From Promethearchaeota archaeon (GTDB taxonomy: Archaea; Asgardarchaeota; Heimdallarchaeia; Hodarchaeales; Hodarchaeaceae): 22,946 nt of DNA. The DNA lies in assembly GCA_048938105.1 (NCBI GenBank), contig JBHLMN010000034.1:1-22946 (forward strand), given 5' to 3'. Shown here in pieces: positions 9,522-16,896 of the stretch. Position 1 is the stretch's first letter, and each line of letters starts with the position of its first letter. The notes beneath the pieces are model-generated. The model searched no databases. It saw nothing but the letters and a program-made list of their open reading frames with translations, and was not told the origin of the DNA. The translations under genes and the position numbers were made by a program.

Positions 9522-11084
9522 GTGCTTAAAATGACCCTTCCCCCAATAAAAAAGCCTGCTGATATTTTTGAATTTACAGTTGAAAAAGCCCAGATCTTCC
9601 CTAAAAATACAGTCATTCTTTCTCCAGAAGCGGGATTATTCAAAGGGGCTTTTAAAAATCCGCAGGTACAATTAATAAGTGAAACACGCACCGTCTTCAC
9701 AGAGCATATCGTATTATCTGATCATCTTCCACTAGAAGAAATTTGGGTTTCAGATGACATGTTGAATGAACTCGAAATAGAAGAAGGAAATAAAATCCAA
9801 GTTCTTCCATTAAGTAGAACACCACCAGATAGTTATTGGTTACTGAGAAAGCGTATGGTTCAAAAACGTGCTTTTAAGCAGAATGAAATTGCTATGATCG
9901 TTAATGATATTGCACATCACAGGCTTAGTCAATTAGAAAAAACTGCATTTGTACTTTCCCAAGTATTTGACCCCTTTAACATGGATGAGGTAGAGGAACT
10001 ATCTAGAGCAATGGCACAAACAGGAGAGATGATAGATTTTGGTCAAGAGACATGTTTCGGAAAACATTCGACAGGAGGGGTACCTGGAAATAAAGTTTCC
10101 CTTCTAATTGTTCCCATTATTGCTTCTGCAGGATTACTAATACCTAAGACGAGTAGTCGCGCTATAACAAGCCCTTCTGGAACTGCTGATACCATGGAAG
10201 CTTTCGGATGCGATGTTGTATTTACTGCAGAAGAATTGGTTGAAATTTCTCAGAAAACACGAGGTATGATTGTCTGGGGCGGAGGATTTAATTTGGCGCC
10301 TGCTGACGATATTTTAATCAGAGATGTTGAATTTCCTTTAGGAGTCAACCCTTCATCGATGATGCTTGCTTCTATCATGTCAAAAAAGTTGGCTACAGGT
10401 ATTCATTTTCTTGTGATGGATTTACCTACTGGACATGGAACGAAAATCGCAGATATTGGTACAGCACAAGCCCTTGGTCGTGATTTTGCTGAACTTGGTC
10501 GTAGATTAGGGATACGTGTTGAAAGTGGGATTACTTTTGGGGCACACCCAGTTGGTCATAGCGTTGGCTCAGGATTAGAGGCACGGGAAGCATTAAATAC
10601 ATTGATGAATCCTAGAGAAGGGCCTTCCTCGCTTGTAGAAAAATCTTGTGAATTATCAGGAATCTTACTTGAAATGGCTGGTAGAGCGCTTCGAGGTCAG
10701 GGACGAGAGTTAGCTAAACAAATTCTTTACAAAGGAGAGGCCTTAGAAAAGTTTCTCGAGATTCTTGAGGCTCAAAGTGGTGATAAAAACATAAAACCTG
10801 ATGATATTCCAGTGGGAGAACACTATTGTGAAATTTTAAGTCCTAGTTCAGGCTGGATAGTCGAAATTGATAATATTAAAATTGCTGAAATCGCACGAAC
10901 TGCAGGATGCCCCAAAGATAAAGGTGCCGGAATATACTTTTTGAAAAAGAAAGATGCTGTGAAACGTGGAGAATCACTTATTCGCATTCATTCTTCTTCT
11001 GAATCCCGTCTATCTGCAGCTGAAGGAAAATTTGCTAAATTAAATCCAATTACAATTGAAGGTATGTTGATAGGTCGAGTTTAG
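9522..11084 (+). CDS. AMP phosphorylase (thymidine phosphorylase family) paralogue 1, with N-terminal extra domain; Asp->Asn at the putative proton-donor position
   Basis: KHSTGGVPGNK, PKTSSRAITSPSGTAD, WGG..NLAPADD, MLASIMSKK, LEAREAL, GAGI, C-terminal PITIEGMLIGRV. Has the ~100-aa N-terminal extension typical of archaeal AMPpases. ATG at 9531 is an alternative start. Confidence 0.9.
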   Translation: MLKMTLPPIKKPADIFEFTVEKAQIFPKNTVILSPEAGLFKGAFKNPQVQLISETRTVFTEHIVLSDHLPLEEIWVSDDMLNELEIEEGNKIQVLPLSRTPPDSYWLLRKRMVQKRAFKQNEIAMIVNDIAHHRLSQLEKTAFVLSQVFDPFNMDEVEELSRAMAQTGEMIDFGQETCFGKHSTGGVPGNKVSLLIVPIIASAGLLIPKTSSRAITSPSGTADTMEAFGCDVVFTAEELVEISQKTRGMIVWGGGFNLAPADDILIRDVEFPLGVNPSSMMLASIMSKKLATGIHFLVMDLPTGHGTKIADIGTAQALGRDFAELGRRLGIRVESGITFGAHPVGHSVGSGLEAREALNTLMNPREGPSSLVEKSCELSGILLEMAGRALRGQGRELAKQILYKGEALEKFLEILEAQSGDKNIKPDDIPVGEHYCEILSPSSGWIVEIDNIKIAEIARTAGCPKDKGAGIYFLKKKDAVKRGESLIRIHSSSESRLSAAEGKFAKLNPITIEGMLIGRV

Positions 11085-11334
11085 TCTTACTTCTCTATCT
11101 CTTCAACAAAATTTTGGGTTTTTCTCGACTGTACGGATTAGGCTAGTTTTTCTTAGTGTATAAACATTTAAATGGATGTGGAGATAGGTTAATAATAAAC
11201 TCACAGTTTGAATATGTTTATCTAAAGTCCAAGATATATTTAAACAGATCATATTCAGTATTTATGTTATTAATTCTGAAAAAGAAAGATAATTCATGAA
11301 GGACAAATCCTGAAGGATTCTAGGATGTGATGAA

Positions 11335-12633
11335 GTGACATCAAAGGGAATAGACAAGAAGCAGTCTTATAATACTAGCGCACATAGACTTATATTAGAT
11401 AAAGTTAAAGATAATACGAAAATTTTAAATAAAGAGGACATAGATCAGATTACTCAAGGATTTATGGATTCAAACATTTCAAGTCATCATGGTACTGCTT
11501 TTGTATTGTCACAACATTTCACCCAATATTCATTAGATGAAATTGAGGCTATGGCCCGCTCTTTTGCCGAATCGGGAAGGATTTTCGATTTTACTGGCCC
11601 TACGTTTGCTAAACATAGTCTAGGAGGGGTGCCAGGTAATAAAATAACTTTATTGATTGTTCCAATATTAGCAGCTGCGGGTCTTTTAATTCCTAAAACT
11701 TCTACTCATGCGATCACCTCTGCAAGTGGTACTGCTGACACAATGGGTGTTCTTGCCCCTGTTGAAATAAAGGCAGATGAAGTTATTGAAATTGTCAATA
11801 AAACAAAAGGTTGTATTGTTACAGGTAGTGAAATGGGTATTGCACCTGTAGTCGATAAAATTATTCAAAATGCAGCTTTTCCCTTAGGAATTGATCCTGT
11901 AAGTCTTATGTTTGCAGGGATCTTGGCAAAGAAAATAGCTATGGGTGTTGACTTCTTAGTTCTAGATGTACCAATTGGTACTGAAAAGGTTAAAACTGAG
12001 GAGGAGGGTCGAGTGTTAGCCAGACAATTTGTGGACCTAGCTGATCGTCTAGGTATCAAAACAGAGGCAGCTTTAACATATGCAGCTGTCCCTGTGGGAC
12101 ACACAATCGGTCCATTGTTAGAAGCGAAAGAAGCTCTTGATGCATTAGAAGGAAAGGGACCAACCTCATTAGTTGAAAAAAGCTGTGAGTTATCTGGAAT
12201 AGTCTTTGAATTAGCTGGTATGACTCCTAGAGGTTTTGGAAAGCAATATGCATCAGAATTGTTAAGTAATGGTAAAGCTTTAACAAAAATGCGTGAAATA
12301 ATAGAAGCTCAAGGTGGAGATCCAAGTGTGACCCCTGAAAGCCTCACTCAAAGGCTAGAGGATCGTCCTGTATTGGAATATAAAGCTCCATCTGATGGAT
12401 GGCCTCATACTTGGTCAACTTATGCCTTAAAAGAAATTGCCCGAACTGCTGGAGCCCCCCGAGATCCTTGTGCTGGAATTGAGATTTTAGCTAAGAAAGA
12501 GTCCGTTCGGAAAGGGGAAGTGGTATTTCGAGTATATGCATCTTCTGAATCTGCTTTAGATGAGGTTAGAGGATTAATAGCTAAACTAAGACCAGTTATA
12601 ATCGAATCAGTACTCCTAGAACGTATAGCTTGA
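11335..12633 (+). CDS. AMP phosphorylase family paralogue 2, lacking the N-terminal domain and with an altered nucleotide-binding site
   Basis: KHSLGGVPGNK, PKTSTHAITSASGTAD, LGIDP, FAGILAKK, LEAKEAL, EAQGGDP. An in-frame TGA at 11311-11313 excludes an N-terminal extension. Confidence 0.87.
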   Translation: MTSKGIDKKQSYNTSAHRLILDKVKDNTKILNKEDIDQITQGFMDSNISSHHGTAFVLSQHFTQYSLDEIEAMARSFAESGRIFDFTGPTFAKHSLGGVPGNKITLLIVPILAAAGLLIPKTSTHAITSASGTADTMGVLAPVEIKADEVIEIVNKTKGCIVTGSEMGIAPVVDKIIQNAAFPLGIDPVSLMFAGILAKKIAMGVDFLVLDVPIGTEKVKTEEEGRVLARQFVDLADRLGIKTEAALTYAAVPVGHTIGPLLEAKEALDALEGKGPTSLVEKSCELSGIVFELAGMTPRGFGKQYASELLSNGKALTKMREIIEAQGGDPSVTPESLTQRLEDRPVLEYKAPSDGWPHTWSTYALKEIARTAGAPRDPCAGIEILAKKESVRKGEVVFRVYASSESALDEVRGLIAKLRPVIIESVLLERIA

Positions 12634-12691
12634 ATATTTATGAACCTCTACATTCAGTACGAATCACATTAAAGCAGGAATTAAGTTTTGA

Positions 12692-13837
12692 GTGAGAAAA
12701 ATGGCTTCAAGTTCTGGACAGAAAATAGCTGCTTTTAATTCAGCTTTTCAATTATTGATTCGAACAGCAAAACATTCAGTTAATACAATAAGTCAAGATC
12801 CACGTAATCTTGCAATTTTTTGTCAGACTCTTTCTGATGCTCTTGAAAATAAAGATCAACAAATTCATATAGTAGGGGTAGGACGTTCCAATCAGGTTGG
12901 AATGATTCTTGGTGAATGTTTAAAGGATATTGGTTTTTCTAATCGTATATTTTATCTAAACGAAAATTTTGTTCAACCTTTTAACAAGGGCGATGTTATC
13001 ATAGCAATTACAGGTTCTGGTTGGACAAAACTTACAACAGCAATAGTTGAAGAAGGTATTCGGAAAAAGTGTAAGGTGTTAACCTTTACTGGGATTTCTG
13101 ATTCCAAAGTTGCAAAATTATCTGATATCATAATTCAAAATCCTCTAGGTTATGAACCAGAAGATGATATCTATCCTTTTAGTCGTAAACGGGCCCCATT
13201 GTCACCTTTGGGGACCATTTTTGAATTAACTTCAATAGTCATTGGTTTAGGAGTCATCAATGGAGTTTTTAAAGGTTCGTGTACCAACGGATTTAATGAA
13301 GGAACGACGGAAATCTTAAGAGCTGCAGAGCAAACTTTTGATGATCTAAAGGTAAATCCTAAAGTTTCTCATTTTATTAATCTGTTAAGTGATTATTGTA
13401 GTAAAACTGATGCAAAAGTATTCTTCTTTGGGATTGGACTATGTGAGATTATCGCTTTAACATGTATATCACGATTCCGATCTTTGGGTATGAATATTCA
13501 TTCATTTAATGATTGGCGTTTTCGTCGTAAGGGAGACATATTGATAGTAATATCAGGCAGCGGTGTTTCGTCCTCAACATTAAATATCGTTAAAAATGCA
13601 AAAGCAAGTCAGATGATGGTATTCAGTATTACTTCTTTCGCTAAATCTCAACTTGCATTGGAATCAGATGAGTTTATAGTTTTACATGGGAGAGAAGAAG
13701 AAATGAATCCTGAAAACCTTCATTTGTTGCATCATGAAATGTATCTCCCCAAATTTGAATATACATCCTTAGTCACTCTTGAAGCTTGTGTTGCTCAGAT
13801 AGCTGTTAATCTAGGGATTTCTGACGAAACTATTTGA
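12692..13837 (+). CDS. Tandem SIS-domain protein, both halves 6-phospho-3-hexuloisomerase (PHI/HxlB)-like
   Basis: Half 1: GVGRS, KGDVIIAITGSGWT, S.VAKLSD, PLGTIFE. Half 2: FGIG, KGDILIVISGSGVS, ITS...S.LA..SD, KFE. Likely ATG start at 12701. Confidence 0.82.
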   Translation: MRKMASSSGQKIAAFNSAFQLLIRTAKHSVNTISQDPRNLAIFCQTLSDALENKDQQIHIVGVGRSNQVGMILGECLKDIGFSNRIFYLNENFVQPFNKGDVIIAITGSGWTKLTTAIVEEGIRKKCKVLTFTGISDSKVAKLSDIIIQNPLGYEPEDDIYPFSRKRAPLSPLGTIFELTSIVIGLGVINGVFKGSCTNGFNEGTTEILRAAEQTFDDLKVNPKVSHFINLLSDYCSKTDAKVFFFGIGLCEIIALTCISRFRSLGMNIHSFNDWRFRRKGDILIVISGSGVSSSTLNIVKNAKASQMMVFSITSFAKSQLALESDEFIVLHGREEEMNPENLHLLHHEMYLPKFEYTSLVTLEACVAQIAVNLGISDETI

Positions 13838-13909
13838 ATAAATATCCTTACATCAAGTTATATAGAAAAAGAGAATTATTTTTCTAAGAATTGGCTGGTT
13901 TTTGGAAGC

Positions 13910-14311
13910 TTAAATCATATTAGAGAGTTTCTTGGCAGCTCTCTTCATGTCAAGCAAAACTAATCCTAATTTTGCATCTACTCTTGCAATCCCCACTAAA
14001 ACTGCATGTTCCCCAGCGTCACGGATAATAACTAATCCATTAGAACCTGTTATTATCAATTGTTCCATGATACCCCTTTCTAATTCTAGTACCACGCGTT
14101 CTGAAAGAGAAAGACTGGCCGCGGTCATAGCAGAAATTCGATCTTCATCAGTGTTGGTATAGAGTGCACTGGCAATTGGGAGTCCGTCTCTAGTAACTAC
14201 TGCTAATCCTTCAAGATCAGGAATTCGGCTTTGAACCTCCCGAAGTATCCGTTCAATTTGCTGTAAACGATCCATGATCTCTGCGTCGTCTTCAAGCATT
14301 AACCACACCAA
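13910..14311 (-). CDS. Roadblock/LC7 (MglB-like) domain protein
   Basis: GLAVVTRDGLPIAS, DRISAMTAASLSL.ER...EL..G..EQLII.G..G, AKLGLVLLDMKRAA. The start codon is uncertain, with ATGs a few codons downstream. Confidence 0.93.
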   Translation of the reverse strand: MVWLMLEDDAEIMDRLQQIERILREVQSRIPDLEGLAVVTRDGLPIASALYTNTDEDRISAMTAASLSLSERVVLELERGIMEQLIITGSNGLVIIRDAGEHAVLVGIARVDAKLGLVLLDMKRAAKKLSNMI

Positions 14312-14751
14312 GTAAATAGCTTCAAAAGAAATACCCTGTAATGTATTATTAATTTTTCCCTCTTAAATTAGTATGCTAATATGTTGAGATTGCGCTATTC
14401 TGTCTTGAATGATACTTTATGAAGATTAAAATCATGTAAAAATGGATCGTAAGGATTCAACATAAATATAGATGTTGGAGACATTAGTTTTTTTTAGCAA
14501 AAACAATTTATTTTTCTTTGAAATCTAATAATTCTTTTTCTTAAAGCAAAGAGAATATTCTAATTATTATCTCATAATTCTTCTTTAAATATGCAAAACT
14601 TTCGCTTAATAACAGATAGAACTATTTCGCATATATTTCTTAGACATTCTTCCATTAATAATCAATCCTTAATAAAAAAAGGGAATATTAATAAATTACC
14701 CTATTTAGGAGCGTTATACACTCATTTAAATAGTATTAACTTAATTGAAGG

Positions 14752-15210
14752 TTGTATAAAATGAAAGGTTCAGAAAAAATGGCTGTTTATGTTGGTACAT
14801 TTGTATTTGTGATTGTGGGTTACATTGCTGCACTCTTTATTTCAAGTATTCTAGCCGATGTTCTAGCGGATCTTCAGCTCGACTTTCTAACGCAAGAACG
14901 TATAAATAGATTAGTTTTTGCCATTGGTTGGTTTGTAATTGTCTTTCTAACTTACTGGGGATCAACCCGTTGGCTTGAGGATGGAGAAAAAATTGGTATT
15001 TTATCACTGTTTTTCCTAATAGTTTGGTTAGTCTCTTCGTTAGCAGTCATTATTGGTTATATTTTGTGGAGTCTTTTACAAGGTAATGCTGAGGTTATAA
15101 CTCTGGATCCTGCTGTACCTGGAAATCTTGTTGATCAGTACTTTTCAGGATTATTCTGGGCTTTAGCTCCAACTTGTGCTGCACTACTTGGGGTTAGTAA
15201 TAAGGCATAG
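14752..15210 (+). CDS. Integral membrane protein (~4 TM), unknown function
   Basis: Four hydrophobic segments; co-directional with the thiolase, 75 bp upstream. Start probably at ATG 14761 or 14779. Confidence 0.7.
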   Translation: MYKMKGSEKMAVYVGTFVFVIVGYIAALFISSILADVLADLQLDFLTQERINRLVFAIGWFVIVFLTYWGSTRWLEDGEKIGILSLFFLIVWLVSSLAVIIGYILWSLLQGNAEVITLDPAVPGNLVDQYFSGLFWALAPTCAALLGVSNKA

Positions 15211-15285
15211 TATTGATATTAGGCTTTATACTGAATAACACCCAAGTTCCCTTTTTTCTACCTATTAAGATAAGATGTTGATATT

Positions 15286-16482
15286 ATGACTCAACTAGAT
15301 GATATAGTTATTGTTTCGGCGGTTAGAACTGCTATTGGTGATTTTGGTGGAGCTCTTAAGGATTTTCAGGCTCCAGACTTAGCAGCTGTAGCAATGGAGG
15401 CAGCTATTGATCGAGTTGGAATTCCCAATTTTGTAGATCAAGTAAACGATGTCCGATTCGGATGTTGTGTTGAAGATAACCGATACATGAACGTTACTCG
15501 AATAGCTGCTTTAAGAGCTAATATTCCGAAGGAAATTCCAGCAGTTACATTGAATCGTGTGTGTACATCTGCTATGGAAGCAATAGTATCAGGGATGCAT
15601 CAAATTCGTAGTGATAATACTCATGAAATTGTTCTTGCAGGAGGGGTAGAAAGTATGTCAACAATCCCATATCTTTCGTATGATCTCCGTTGGGGACATA
15701 GGTATTTCGATACAAAGTTAGTCGATGGTGTCATGGAGGGATTGAAAGCAGGAGGAGATAAATTAATGGGTGTGACAGCTGAAATCCTTGCTGAAGAATT
15801 TAAGCTTACACGAGAAGAATTAGACGAAGTAGCGTTACGCTCCCATACTAATAGTCTTAAAGCGAACAAATCAGGACGATTCAAGAATGAAATTGTACCT
15901 ATTGAATTAAAAACTAGAAAAGGAACCCAAACTTTTGATTCAGATGAACATCCTCGTGAATATACAATGGAAGATTTAGGAAAAATGAAACCTGTATTCA
16001 AACCAGATGGTGGCGTTGTAACAGCAGGTAATTCTTCTGGTATTAATGATGGAGCTGCTGCAGTAGTTATTATGAGTCAAACGAAAGCAGATGAACTAGG
16101 GATTAAACCGTTAGCTAAGATTATCGATTATGGTATTGGAGGAGTTGATCCAGACCTTATGGGCCTAGGTCCAATACCAGCCACAAAAAACCTATTTTCA
16201 AAAGTAAAGGATTACACTCTTGATGATGTCCAATTGATTGAGGTCAATGAAGCATTTGCAGCTACTTATCTCGCAGCAGAACGAGAATTAAGTTTAGATC
16301 GAAGTATAACTAATGTTAACGGTTCAGGAATAGGATTAGGACACCCTGTGGGTTGTACTGGGGCACGAATAGTAGTAACCTTACTCCACGAAATGATAAA
16401 ACGTCAGAATTCCCTAGGACTTAGTACTCTCTGTGGTGGTGGTGGATTGGGCATGTCACTCTTGGTAACTCGTGATGTGTGA
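15286..16482 (+). CDS. Acetyl-CoA C-acetyltransferase (thiolase), AtoB/FadA-like
   Basis: RTAIG.FGG, NRVCTS (catalytic Cys), AGGVESMS, VTAGNSSGINDGAA, NEAFA, GHPVGCTG, LCGGGG. Confidence 0.96.
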   Translation: MTQLDDIVIVSAVRTAIGDFGGALKDFQAPDLAAVAMEAAIDRVGIPNFVDQVNDVRFGCCVEDNRYMNVTRIAALRANIPKEIPAVTLNRVCTSAMEAIVSGMHQIRSDNTHEIVLAGGVESMSTIPYLSYDLRWGHRYFDTKLVDGVMEGLKAGGDKLMGVTAEILAEEFKLTREELDEVALRSHTNSLKANKSGRFKNEIVPIELKTRKGTQTFDSDEHPREYTMEDLGKMKPVFKPDGGVVTAGNSSGINDGAAAVVIMSQTKADELGIKPLAKIIDYGIGGVDPDLMGLGPIPATKNLFSKVKDYTLDDVQLIEVNEAFAATYLAAERELSLDRSITNVNGSGIGLGHPVGCTGARIVVTLLHEMIKRQNSLGLSTLCGGGGLGMSLLVTRDV

Positions 16483-16654
16483 GAATCCTTCATCTATGAT
16501 TCGGTAAAGTCCTTTTTAGGATCAATGGAACTGAAAGAAGGGCCTAAGAATGTGTCTAAGGTGAGATATAATCCTTTTATTTTTTCCTTTTGCTTTGGGT
16601 TAGACTCAACTTGTAACTTTCGCGATAGTACTTGTTTGGAATCAAAACGGATTT
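16348..16654. repeat. Diverged direct repeat, copy 1 (thiolase 3' end + spacer + 3' end of convergent small gene); partner 22398-22707
   Basis: gtgggttgtactggggcacgaatagtagtaac...cgtgatgtgtgagaatccttcatcta...gaatcaaaacggattt aligns with 22398-22707. I counted 14 mismatches in the first 135 nt; identity is lower in the distal half. Confidence 0.97.
16494..16652 (-). pseudogene. C-terminal 52-codon remnant of a homologue of the 22547..22873 gene
   Basis: Translates as IRFDSKQVLSRKLQVESNPKQKEKIKGLYLTLDTFLGPSFSSIDPKKDFTES*. It is preceded directly by in-frame TGA TAA and has no ATG start. Confidence 0.85.
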
Positions 16655-16667
16655 ATCAAGCCGAAAG

Positions 16668-16706
16668 TATTCTTCTGGTTGCATAATATCCGATTTTATT
16701 AATATT
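16668..16706. repeat. Second homology block of the duplication (partner 22908-22946, running off the window)
   Basis: tattcttctggttgcataatatccgattttattaatatt versus tattcttctagttacaacatctccgactttattaatatt: 33/39 identical, ungapped. Confidence 0.85.
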
Positions 16707-16896
16707 GTCGGCTCATAAGAGAACATACTAATGGGTATGGGGTAACATAATTAGGTACCGAAACAAATACAAAGAAAATGTATTAATTCTTCAAACGGAA
16801 GGGATTTAATCTTAAGGAGGTATAAACTCATAAGATTCTCTCTTATTTGACTCAAACCTCTCCATTATATCCATCAATTCATTTCCTACTTTCAAT

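Noticed and set aside
11307-11319. Small inverted repeat around aatcc-tgaa-ggatt upstream of AMPpase paralogue 2
   Set aside because: A 5-bp stem is expected by chance, and no second copy was found upstream of related genes.
11085-11334. Frameshifted remnant of the missing N-terminal domain of paralogue 2
   Set aside because: There is no visible similarity to the paralogue 1 N-terminus and there are multiple stops; it looks like an ordinary terminator/promoter spacer.
9522-14311. AMP-binding pseudoenzyme plus roadblock as a proto-AMPK/Ragulator nutrient-sensing system
   Set aside because: The roadblock gene is convergent and separately transcribed, no GTPase or kinase is present, and adjacency alone is insufficient evidence.
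16707-16896. Short minus-strand frames downstream of the TPR gene (e.g. MDIMERFESNKRESYEFIPP)
   Set aside because: They are under 30 codons with no motif and cannot be distinguished from chance or decayed duplicate sequence.
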